From: Caldisericota bacterium | GTDB lineage: Bacteria; Caldisericota; Caldisericia; JAAYUI01 | Assembly: GCA_029548865.1 (NCBI GenBank) | Contig: JAKPMO010000002.1 | Coordinates: 96,001 to 160,000 of the forward strand | Direction of reading: 5' to 3' | DNA length: 64,000 nt | Shown here: positions 40,201-49,100 of the stretch, piece by piece | Position numbering within the stretch: the stretch's first letter is position 1 | How the letters are laid out: the number at the start of each line of letters is the position of its first letter | Position numbers and translations under genes: made by a program | Notes under the pieces: generated by a model | Database searches by the model: none | The model's input: only the letters and a program-made list of their open reading frames with translations | What the model was told of the DNA's origin: nothing

Positions 40201-42673
40201 ACCAGTTCTTCCAGAATCTTACCAGATAAGTAAAGCAGTTGCTCTGAGAACTTCACCGCAAATTAGAGTAACAAAGGGAGATTATGGTTCTCAGCTTGTT
40301 TTTACTACCCCAGTAGATATAGCTGTTGACCCAGACAACAACATCCTGACCCCGGATGTTGTAATGACACTCAATAGACCTGGCAGGCAATTTGATGAAA
40401 AGAAAAAGGGTGCTGTTCAAAATCCCAAGAAGGCTGGGTCATATCAATTGTTTGTACAGACTTCCCAGGAACAGACTCCAATCCTTTCAGATCCTTACGA
40501 GATTACGGCCGATAATGATTTGAAATCCATGGAGTTGAAAATCATATCCCCCCAAGTTCCCGCGCCTATTGCTGGCGAGCCGCCATGCTCCTGCAAGGAC
40601 ACTGCCGCAACAGCAGGACAGGCAATCTCGATAGTCGCACAGCTCTCATCAGGCTCGAACGGTGTTCCTGGAGTTTATGTTGGTTTTGAAATTATCAATG
40701 CAGCAGTCAATCCACCTTCAAAATTCAGTTCCTCCTCGCTTGTGCAGACAAACGATCAGGGTCTTGCATCAGTTGTCCTCAACCTTTCTCCCACACCAGG
40801 TGCAACTGAAGTAAAAGTTTATCTGCAAGATGATAAAACAATTTGTTTGTGTGTCAGAATCAACACCGGCCCGCAGGTCCAGGTCGACAAAATCATTTTG
40901 AACCCTGGCCCAAGCATCGCGCTTGCACCTGGCTCACAGCAGATATTTGGAGCAAAGGCATTTGACACAGCTGGCAAGGAGCTTCAGGGCGTAACATTCA
41001 CCTGGGCCGCGGATTGTGGAACAATTACCCCGTCTGGCGTATACAGTGCGCCAACAACTGCTGGCACAACCTGCCATGTCTGGGCAAGGGCCCACGGCAA
41101 GGAAGGCATGACAACAGTCAATGTTGTCAACAGACCAGAGAGAATTATTGTTACCCCGCAAACAGCAACTGTTGCAATGGGCAGCACAAAGGAATTCATG
41201 GCCCAGGCCTACGATGACCTTGGAAACCCGATGAATGTTCCAATAGCCTGGTCTGTAGAACCAGCCGGTCTCGGAATCTTTGATGCAAACGGCAAATTTA
41301 CCGCTGGTGCCATTGCAGGCACTGGAACTGTAAAGGCCTGCTCAGCCGGTGTTTGCGGGACCTCCACAATAACAGTCATGGCATCAGGCCAGATTGAAAC
41401 AGTGACCATTTCCCCAGCCAATATCACAATGAACATGGGTGAAACCCAGGCATTTAAAGCTATCGTCAAAGACAAGAATGGCTTTGAAATCTCCGGTGCC
41501 CCGATTTCATGGTCGGTCAATCCGCCTGACTATGGCACAATCAGCACCAATGGCGTGTTCATTGCCTCAAAGCCAGGCATGTGCGTAATCATCGCCCAGT
41601 CCGGCGACAAGTCTGGAACAGCAATCGTCAACATCGTCCAGGTGACAAGGATTGACCTCACACCGAAGTCAGTAATTATTGCACCGAATACAACCCAGCA
41701 GTTCACGGCCGTTGCTTATGGACAGACTGGCCAGCAAATACCAGGAATCAAATTCAACTGGACAGTAACACCACAAACGCTTGGTGCAATATCAGAGAGC
41801 GGTTTGTTTACTGCTCTTGGTTCACCAGGACAGGCAGGACTCATAACAGTGTCTGCGGCAGGAATGACTGCAACGGCAACTGTTACCATAGGCATCCCGG
41901 ACAACACACCACCAAGAATCACACTTGTGAAGCCAACCATAAATGGTGGAAACTCACCGATTGGCCCGTCAACAGTTGAAGTCAAGGTTGAGGACGAATC
42001 AGGTGTGTCTGAAGTGACGATCAACGGTGTTCCGGCAACCATGAATGCCAACGGCAACTGGGCAGCAAACGTCATCGTCAATCCAGGCAACAACACCTTC
42101 ATGGTCAAGGCAAAAGACAACTCAACCAGCCGCAACGAGGCCACACTTGCAGTCACAATCTATGGCGCAACTGAGTCTAGGATACAAATGAGAATACCGA
42201 CAAACAACCAGGCCGATGTCAAAACTGTTACCATAACTGAAAACAATGTGCCAAGAACTATAACACTCAAGACTTCTCCAGAGCTCTACCAGAACAGCAC
42301 ATTCGTCGGTCTTCGTGATCTTGCCGAAAATCTCTTGGGGGCAACTCCAGAGAAAGGCGGAAGTGTTGCTTACGATGGTGCAACCAGAAAAATTACAATA
42401 ACCATCAAGAGAACCAATGGTGATGTGATGATATTCGAAACAGTTGTTGGGAAGAAGGACTACCAGCTCCAGACAATCCATCCTGATGGTACAAGGGAGA
42501 TCAAGACCGAAGTCATGGCCCAGGCGCCATACATTGGATCTGCCGCAACAAAATCCAGAAAGGTCAACTACAACAGCACAATGGTCCCAATGAGGGGATT
42601 CATTGAAGCACTTGGCGGTACAGTTGACTACAACGATACAACAAGAGCTGCTACCTTCAGTTTCTCAAGGTAA
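37268..42673 (+). CDS. Giant (~1800 aa) surface protein: Ca-binding-like repeats, DYxxxxxTG repeats, FN3-like, Big_1 and Big_2 Ig domains, divergent C-terminal stalk domain
   Basis: AAAGGAG RBS; signal peptide; six YxDxDxxGxVxxGDxRL-like repeats; four QxFxAxxxDxxG..xWxV..GxIxxxGxFxA repeats; STMVPMRGFIEALGGTVDY. Confidence 0.88.
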   Translation: MKRLLSLALVALLFLSIPVVPTFADVSKVKVVPYPRTAGKMASYQIGFNVTRPLEANKDSITVTLPNETTVPEYVSSSVISINPKLQIGADYKLNFATGDITFTNPLREGDMIRASYTYEANEDYTMMPKQADVKFFDRSFPTGDPRSNNGTFDPGEWVYEDRDHNGRISPGDRRLMVVKGVIGGGVPATPGWPDVTGEDAKQNSIVASGDGDCGDCNTTSPSFPLQPLSLIRLTMVDVNEDGIYNEGDYLFDDRDQSGTVSFGDSMLTGIVYFPPLTTVAFNDPDAGGRISTATLQTFSGTNTRHADNGQTPGSYDPGEAIYQDCNSNYLVDAGDVRLSTVAIMSNGAMTYYSILSNVVSGDRDVGTRLMDFKIISGEEEVFLSSDPVYDPGEPIYKNGTGRTTLGTTPVPGDIRLSSWSVAAYMPTSIIGITSTGEADVNNQLVPFNTSQITKAELITLDRTAIGTNFVNYTGADFIRGSNNTEISTPMAGNACPSTFPPTPPTPPNPNPVLDGWMYRDMDGSNDVTPGDVRLTSVEINQGSVLVSYSAGSIVKTGELDAIPLSSTTFPMSLVSPDDSTRFFTTHCSHTENIRIDNTFEPGEYIYDDVDGSGSVSLNDIRLVPVGVTSFGNKSVGNNFPLLGRTLTRGWARIENKIIVPYAQAGTKTAKLDSNSLVILPTLEPPQPPAYIKAEPMTLPGGSTHLTGSGKWFIRVAAVNMYGEGEPSDSMEVNFAQGTQNAVKISWRAVPYAKSYRIYKSRNETYFPSSALLAEINGSSTEYIDRGTVITEGTLAFPYKASFVTLWRGRGGQETELVEFKCADYEIDLATGLIRFRRALKPYEIILANYKYADGKQAMGPGADPCTTVGHKDEDVYVDVQRGIGKLLHAPAINPVIDPLHYCFRLWRAPKIDPANPYLLRAGSDYTINFESGEIRFSSHVVKDGDIITADYDTFEEVAGESLVEAISTGITEARTMAPVLPESYQISKAVALRTSPQIRVTKGDYGSQLVFTTPVDIAVDPDNNILTPDVVMTLNRPGRQFDEKKKGAVQNPKKAGSYQLFVQTSQEQTPILSDPYEITADNDLKSMELKIISPQVPAPIAGEPPCSCKDTAATAGQAISIVAQLSSGSNGVPGVYVGFEIINAAVNPPSKFSSSSLVQTNDQGLASVVLNLSPTPGATEVKVYLQDDKTICLCVRINTGPQVQVDKIILNPGPSIALAPGSQQIFGAKAFDTAGKELQGVTFTWAADCGTITPSGVYSAPTTAGTTCHVWARAHGKEGMTTVNVVNRPERIIVTPQTATVAMGSTKEFMAQAYDDLGNPMNVPIAWSVEPAGLGIFDANGKFTAGAIAGTGTVKACSAGVCGTSTITVMASGQIETVTISPANITMNMGETQAFKAIVKDKNGFEISGAPISWSVNPPDYGTISTNGVFIASKPGMCVIIAQSGDKSGTAIVNIVQVTRIDLTPKSVIIAPNTTQQFTAVAYGQTGQQIPGIKFNWTVTPQTLGAISESGLFTALGSPGQAGLITVSAAGMTATATVTIGIPDNTPPRITLVKPTINGGNSPIGPSTVEVKVEDESGVSEVTINGVPATMNANGNWAANVIVNPGNNTFMVKAKDNSTSRNEATLAVTIYGATESRIQMRIPTNNQADVKTVTITENNVPRTITLKTSPELYQNSTFVGLRDLAENLLGATPEKGGSVAYDGATRKITITIKRTNGDVMIFETVVGKKDYQLQTIHPDGTREIKTEVMAQAPYIGSAATKSRKVNYNSTMVPMRGFIEALGGTVDYNDTTRAATFSFSR

Positions 42674-42702
42674 TCCTGTTGTAAAGTAGTAAAAACAAAA
42701 GC

Positions 42703-42733
42703 AAAAAGCCCCGGGTTTTGCCCGGGGCTTTTT
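42703..42733. terminator. Bidirectional intrinsic terminator between convergent genes
   Basis: AAAAAGCCCCGGG-TTTTG-CCCGGGGCTTTTT. Confidence 0.85.
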
Positions 42734-42845
42734 CTATTTCAGGGAGGTATTTTGGGGATTACCAGTGTCTAGTGAATATTGCTGTTCTTTTGCCTACCTA
42801 TTCTCGTGTTGGCATGGATGGTTTGTTTTCTGTGAGGTGTTTTGT

Positions 42846-42877
42846 TTTGAAGTGCCGAAGAACTTCGGCACTTCAAA
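42846..42877. repeat. Perfect 15-bp inverted repeat (REP-like palindrome)
   Basis: TTTGAAGTGCCGAAG-AA-CTTCGGCACTTCAAA. Confidence 0.7.
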
Positions 42878-42898
42878 CTGCATCCTGTGTTTTACTTT

Positions 42899-45800
42899 TT
42901 ATGGGGCATCGTTACCTACTTTTATGGGGCATTTCGTATATTTGAACTTCTCTTCCGCGATGGTTTGCCTGGTCGACGAGTTAATTGCCTGGATCCTTAT
43001 GTTGTAATCCTCGGCTTCTGCAAAAGGATTGCCCGGGCAAACCCTCTGGAGGTTGAGCTGGATTCTTGATGTTGTGAATTCAAGCGGTTTTGGGGCGTCC
43101 TCAAGGTGTATGACGTATGTTGGTGTAACGCCTTTTGGGAGGTTCTCGACGGAGAGCGTGAAATAAAGGGTAAAGGTGTCACTTGAAATATCTGTTTTTG
43201 TATCGGTTATCTTGATCTTTGCCTGTTTGCTTTCCTGGATGTATGGCCAGGTGTTGCCGTATTTGTCAACAACCTGTATCTGCACCCTATCATCAAGGTT
43301 TCTCAATATTTCAGAGTGCTTAAAAGAAATGGTCCCTTTGACTGGCTTGATCGGGTCTTTTCCGGACACTTTTATTCCATTCAGAAAAATATTGTAGCCT
43401 TTTATGTAACTTTCGGGGATATTTCCAAGCTCGTTTGTTGTCCACTCGACTATTCCCCTCTCAAACTTTGTCTTTATTGGTTCCAGGAGCAGGTAATACT
43501 GGATTTTTGCATGCATCCTCCTTCTATTTCCCTGGTTTATGATCATCTGGTCAAACCCTTTTCTTGTGGAACTGGAAGAGCTGCCAAAATACATTACGCT
43601 CAAGGTTTTTCTGTATGGAAGGGTGCTTTCGTACCTGTCTATTGGTCCACCTGAATTGGCGTAATCATCAGATCTGCTACTCACCAGATCATAAGAGATG
43701 GTCCTCAGACCGTCTTTTGTTTCGCTTGAATCGATGACTAGCAAGCCAGTTTGGGTTATTTGTGCAGATGTGGAGAGAAAAACCCTTTGTGCTGACATGA
43801 CATCTACGTCACCCTCAAAAGTTACCAGTTTTGTCTGTGGGGAAAACTTGTTGTTTGGCTTTATTGTTCCTCCCCTTACTATGTTTGCTTTTATGGTGGC
43901 ATTCATTCCCCATCCACCCAGCGGATTGACCATCAGGTTGTGACAGTAAGTGAAGAAGGCATCTTCAAGGTTTGTGCCAGCCCCGGAAAAGAACCCTGAA
44001 AGTCTGTCAAGGTCAAGCTCTTCTGCTCTGGAATAAATGTTTGTGATTGCTGAATCTCCATACACATTCAGCATCCATTCTACAAAAAGGCCACATGTAT
44101 AGTAACTTCTTGCATTATTTGAATAGAATGTTGTCCAGAGATAGTTTTCATAGTCCATGAAGCCGCTTCTCCCGCCAGTATAATAATCTCTTTTTGCTCC
44201 TTCTGAAACGTTTGTTATGTAAGCAGAGAGCCCCGTGGCAACGGCTTCCACAAACCATCTGTTTGTGCCTGCCCTTCCGTTTGTGTAACGCTGGCCCTGA
44301 AAAACATGTATAAGCTCATGTGTTGCAACCAGCTTCATGTTTTCGTAATCATCCAGATCGTTGCAGCTTATATACATTCTTCTCCTGGTCCCGCCGCCGA
44401 TTGCGGTCTCACCCTGCACCCCTCTTCCACAGTCCATTACTATCACGTCAAATGGTGTTTGAAGCGGCTGGAAAAGACTGTCACCATCAAATTCTGTCAG
44501 CCTTTCGTATGCCTCGTTCAATGCTTTGTCCAGGTCCTCGATATAGTTGTCTGTTGTCGGATCATTGTTTTGCCCTCCGCTGCCTCTGATTTCCCAGGCA
44601 GAATCATCGGGAACCCTGTCCTCGAGGCAACCAAGGCATGGCCTCCCGGCCCTGAAGTATGTGATCCGGAAATTTGAGTCAGGTAATACCGTGTTCACAC
44701 CGCTGTCGAGCCAGTTTTGCTGGTGCTCTGCCCTATACACCCTCGCGTTTTGTGGTGGGGCAGCCTGCATGGTGCCTGATGTGGAGAAAGTCGTTATTGT
44801 TTTTGAGGATTGCCCAAAATTGTCGTTGAAGTAAAGAACACCGGTATCTGGGTCATAATCAAGCGAATCACCGCACTTGACCCATTGCCCTGTCTGCTCG
44901 TCAAGGGATTCTGCCAGGACACGGTCCTTTTTCTGGTTAAACTTGAAACTTGCCTTGATCGCAACACTGAAAGTTCCGGATTTTTCAGCTGAAACCTCAA
45001 CCTTGTACTGCCCTGAGAAATTGTCTTTTGGTGGTGAAACCATTGTTATCGAGGCGCTTGTATTTGCTGATGCAAAATGAGGTGGAAAAGCAACTGATGC
45101 CAATCCATCATCAGAACCCACCGAGCCACCATTTGCAGGAATGAGTTTTCCAAAAAACTTGATAGTGATTGTTTTTGCTTTGGCGTCCCAAATGATTGAA
45201 CATCCGAGATTTTCTGAGACAAATCTGAGCGGCACCATTGTCCTGCCACCAACTATTACAGGTGGCTGGTCAATTGTTATTTCATGGCCTGAGACCCTAG
45301 CTGTATTCTTGCCAATCCAGAGTTCGATTGATATTTCCTCGAGCTTCAGTGTTATTTTTTGTTCTTTGCTGTTCCAGTCGATTGTCCCACCCAGTGTCTC
45401 GATTAGAGACCTGATCGGGAGCATTGTCCTGCCTTTTATGATTATTGGGCCAGTGTTTTTCCCCTTTTCAATTTCCACCGATTTCCCGTTTACAATCATG
45501 GTTGGTTTGCCAATCGTCAGCACTATTGTCTTGGCTTTGCCCCCAGGACCTCCGGAAGGGGGTTGTTCCTTGACTTTGTTTGCAGCAACGAGCGCAAGTC
45601 CACACCCACCAGACTCATCGGTCCATGACCACGTATCTTTATCAGAATCAACAACCTCATATTTTCCGGGTTTAATGACAACATTTGGTTCGACTATCCA
45701 GAAGATCTTTTCTGAACCTTTCACGTCTGGCGGGGCGTATGATTGCCAAGGGCCGTATACGGTTCCGTCTTCATGTTTGAGTGATATCGATCCATAATTT

Positions 45801-46024
45801 TTGGAGCCTTTGCCGTTATTGAAATGTACCGTGCCAATGCCAATGATCTTGTATGATTGGGACGTGCTAAATACTGTTGGTTTTGAGGGACCATTTTTGA
45901 AGTTTGGAGATGAAGTTGTGAAATTGTCAAAAAGGACTATTTCTTCTTCCTCGGCGATAATTTTTCTTGGAGGAAAACCCATAAAAAGGGCGATTACCAA
46001 TAAAATTGATGTTAGTTTTTTCAA
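42899..46024 (-). CDS. Secreted protein with an internal stalk domain and a HExxH...E zinc metallopeptidase-like domain
   Basis: AAGGAGG RBS then TTG; signal peptide; GRTMLPIR and GRTMVPLRFVSE stalk motifs; ATHELIHVFQ...WFVEAVA. Confidence 0.85.
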   Translation of the reverse strand: MKKLTSILLVIALFMGFPPRKIIAEEEEIVLFDNFTTSSPNFKNGPSKPTVFSTSQSYKIIGIGTVHFNNGKGSKNYGSISLKHEDGTVYGPWQSYAPPDVKGSEKIFWIVEPNVVIKPGKYEVVDSDKDTWSWTDESGGCGLALVAANKVKEQPPSGGPGGKAKTIVLTIGKPTMIVNGKSVEIEKGKNTGPIIIKGRTMLPIRSLIETLGGTIDWNSKEQKITLKLEEISIELWIGKNTARVSGHEITIDQPPVIVGGRTMVPLRFVSENLGCSIIWDAKAKTITIKFFGKLIPANGGSVGSDDGLASVAFPPHFASANTSASITMVSPPKDNFSGQYKVEVSAEKSGTFSVAIKASFKFNQKKDRVLAESLDEQTGQWVKCGDSLDYDPDTGVLYFNDNFGQSSKTITTFSTSGTMQAAPPQNARVYRAEHQQNWLDSGVNTVLPDSNFRITYFRAGRPCLGCLEDRVPDDSAWEIRGSGGQNNDPTTDNYIEDLDKALNEAYERLTEFDGDSLFQPLQTPFDVIVMDCGRGVQGETAIGGGTRRRMYISCNDLDDYENMKLVATHELIHVFQGQRYTNGRAGTNRWFVEAVATGLSAYITNVSEGAKRDYYTGGRSGFMDYENYLWTTFYSNNARSYYTCGLFVEWMLNVYGDSAITNIYSRAEELDLDRLSGFFSGAGTNLEDAFFTYCHNLMVNPLGGWGMNATIKANIVRGGTIKPNNKFSPQTKLVTFEGDVDVMSAQRVFLSTSAQITQTGLLVIDSSETKDGLRTISYDLVSSRSDDYANSGGPIDRYESTLPYRKTLSVMYFGSSSSSTRKGFDQMIINQGNRRRMHAKIQYYLLLEPIKTKFERGIVEWTTNELGNIPESYIKGYNIFLNGIKVSGKDPIKPVKGTISFKHSEILRNLDDRVQIQVVDKYGNTWPYIQESKQAKIKITDTKTDISSDTFTLYFTLSVENLPKGVTPTYVIHLEDAPKPLEFTTSRIQLNLQRVCPGNPFAEAEDYNIRIQAINSSTRQTIAEEKFKYTKCPIKVGNDAP

Positions 46025-46112
46025 TTAAAACCTCCTTTTTAAAGATAACAAAATTGAGTTTAGTTTGGTGACTGAATAAAGAAAGAGGCCAGTTTTTAGA
46101 AATTTGAGAAAT

Positions 46113-46143
46113 AAAAAAGCCGCCCTAAAAGGGCGGCTTTTTT
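46113..46143 (-). terminator. Intrinsic terminator
   Basis: AAAAAAGCCGCCCT-AAA-AGGGCGGCTTTTTT. Confidence 0.85.
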
Positions 46144-46167
46144 ATTGTGTCGGTGATTGATAATTTT

Positions 46168-49100
46168 TTATGGTTTTGGGTAAGTTAGTGTTATCTTCTT
46201 GGCTTTGGATTCGTACTCGACAAGTGCACCGAGGGCATCGCCAACAAACCTCAATGGGAGGAGTGTTTTGCCGCTGACGATTGTCGGATAGAGCTTCTTT
46301 GCTGAATCGATGAAAACTTCCTTGCCATCAATTTTTGCAGTTTTCTTGCCGATCCAGAGCTCAATAACCTTTTTCTTGCCATTGTCAAGTTTTTGGGTGA
46401 GTGTGACTTTTTTGTCCTTGCCGTTCCATCCGACTTCGACATCGAGTGCTTTTGCAACTTCGGCTATTGGCATGAAAGTTGATCCTGCGAGGTCTTTTGG
46501 AAGTGGTGGAGAGGACGCTGTTGGCGCAGTTACAAGTTTTACAGTTTCTCCATTAACAAGCATTGATGCTTTGCCAAGCCAGAGTTCTATCTTGGTGGTT
46601 TTTCCGTTCCCAGCTTTTGGATCATAGGTTACTTTGTATGTGTACTGCCTGCAATTACCGTTCTCATCGCATGCCGAGACTTCTATCTCGTTGAGCCCCT
46701 GTGCAAGCTGGACCTTCTCTGTGAAGAAGAACCTCTTTGTTTCATCATCCGTTATTGGATCTTTCCTGACTTGGACCTGACGACCTGCAACAGTGACTTT
46801 TGCCTTTTCTTCAGTGAACCCCCTGAACTCAACAAAGTTTTGGCCGGTTGTCATGGAGTAGTCCATAGAAAACTGGTCCTCACTTGGCCTGTCGATGATA
46901 AGGTCTGGTGGGGTTGTGTCTAGAACAGCAATTACCATTATTCCATCGCTCTCACCGGTGAAGTTCTGACAGACTATGACGATGTTGTTGAACCCTTCCT
47001 TGAGATTCATTGTGTAATCAAATGTTCCGTCGCTTGCCAGCTGGACTTTGTTTCCACCAACGAAAAGGGTGAGTTGTTTTACACCTTCTTCAGATTCGCA
47101 CTTACCTGAGATTTTGAGCGATTTCTCGGTTGTGGTTATATCGCGATAGTTGATTTGTCCCTGTTCTGACCTTCTCTTGGATTCGGCTTCGTCTGGCCAC
47201 GGGGAGTCCTTCTGGATTGGGGTAATGAGGTGAATAACAGGTGGTCTTGCGTTTTTGCGAATAGAGAGTGTTTCATCCACCGATTTTGTAAGTGCCTTGC
47301 TTCCGGACGCGGAAAGCAGAGTGACATTTTCTAGTCCTATTCTGACGTTGTCGATCTCTATTTTGTCACCGGTTGATTTAAGGGTTATTGCGACAATAGT
47401 GTTTTCGTTCTGATCTGCCACAACGCCTTTTTCCCTCTTGATCCTGATGTTGACCCTGTCAGGTTTGATGTCATATTGCATGTCTGCAATCTCGCCGAAA
47501 CGGGTCATCATCTGTCCGAGAGAAACGTTTGTCACTTCGAGGTACCTGCCATCATAAACAAAATCAAGCCTGGCTTCTTTGAGCTGGATATCGGATGGCT
47601 CAAGATTGATCTTTACCTCAGTCTGGCGGCAGATTTCATTGATTGCGCAGGACGTTATAACTTTGCGCTCTGGTTTGAGTGTCAGGCTGAGCAGTTTTGC
47701 GGTTGCCCTAATGGTAATGTCTTTTTCAATCTTCTCACCCCTGGCGTCAGAACCTGTGGCGAGGATTTTGATTTTATAGCCATCTTCGAAGTATTCGAGC
47801 TGCTCGGAAGACTTGATTGTTACTTTTGTTTCAAATGGCGGAACGCCATTTGGCGGATCAAATTTTGCCTGGAAGTATTTCTGGGATTCCTGTGCAAGCT
47901 GGAGTGTGACTGGATTGTTGTACTCGTTGATTGGGTTTATTGTGAGATTGAATGATGTTTCTGTGGATGGTTCCACTTCAACGAATTTTGTGCTTGAAGA
48001 AATTTCAAAGCTTGGTGGTTTGGCTGGCTCTACCATTAGTTTGAGATCTGAAGAAGAAGATTGTCCAGAAAGATCGTCAGAGACTTCAACACGGAAGAGA
48101 CTTTCGGTGCCTTCAGAGGTTCCTGGCGGGACTTCTACTGAGAGTTCTATGAGTGATGACTGCATTGGGTCAAGTGTTATCCTGCCACCATTTGGTGATG
48201 GAACTTTGTCAACCAGCAGCGAGTTCTCCCAGTTCTGGCCGCCAAGATGTGTCATCTGGATGCCGAAATCCATGAATATGTTTCCGGTATTTGTAAGGAT
48301 ATACTTGAAGTTTGCCCTAGAACCTGCCTGGACTGAGGTTTGCTGACCGTTGACCTGCTTGAATGTGTAAGAGGTGAGGAGTGGCTGAGCGAGATCGACC
48401 ATTGTGCTCTGGAGGATTTCTTTCTTTGTGTTGTCTTGTATCCAGGCGACTACGTAACAATTTTTTGTGAGGGTCTTCCAGTCATAATTCTTGCCTGGCA
48501 TTTCAAAGTGTATGCGACGTTTTGTTATTGTTCCTGGTGCAAGGCTAATTGGATCTCCGAGTGCCTCATCCTTTGGTGATTTTTTTTGCCCTTTCTCATA
48601 GAGGAACTTCATTACTGTGAGGCTGTGCTCTCTCTCGCCATTTGTTGCCTCGAAAAGAACGTTGTTTTCCACAAGCACAAAATACACATTCAAATCTTTG
48701 TATGCTGAAACATCGCTCAAGGTGTTGATTTCGAGGTAGGCGTCACCCTCATCACCATCGACTGTTGCCTGAAGGAACAACGAAAGTGGCGAAGTCATGT
48801 GTCTGTAGGTTTCGGTTCTCTGTTTGAAACGAAGATAGCTGAATGATGTTCCTGACATTTTCCTGTCTGGAAGCCTGTCTGGTGGTGGGGCCTGGCGTTC
48901 AAATGGTTTGTCACCTTCGGAGAAGTTCCATACACCGTTAAACATTGTGGTTGGGAGGCCTTCCTGTGTGTACCAGCGATAACGATAATGATGTGATTCC
49001 TGGGTCATTCCAGAATTGTCATTTGGTGCGTCGCAATAGTATGCAAGAGGAATTATTTCTGCATAACCATACTCTTCAGCCATTCTATATTGGCCTTCCC

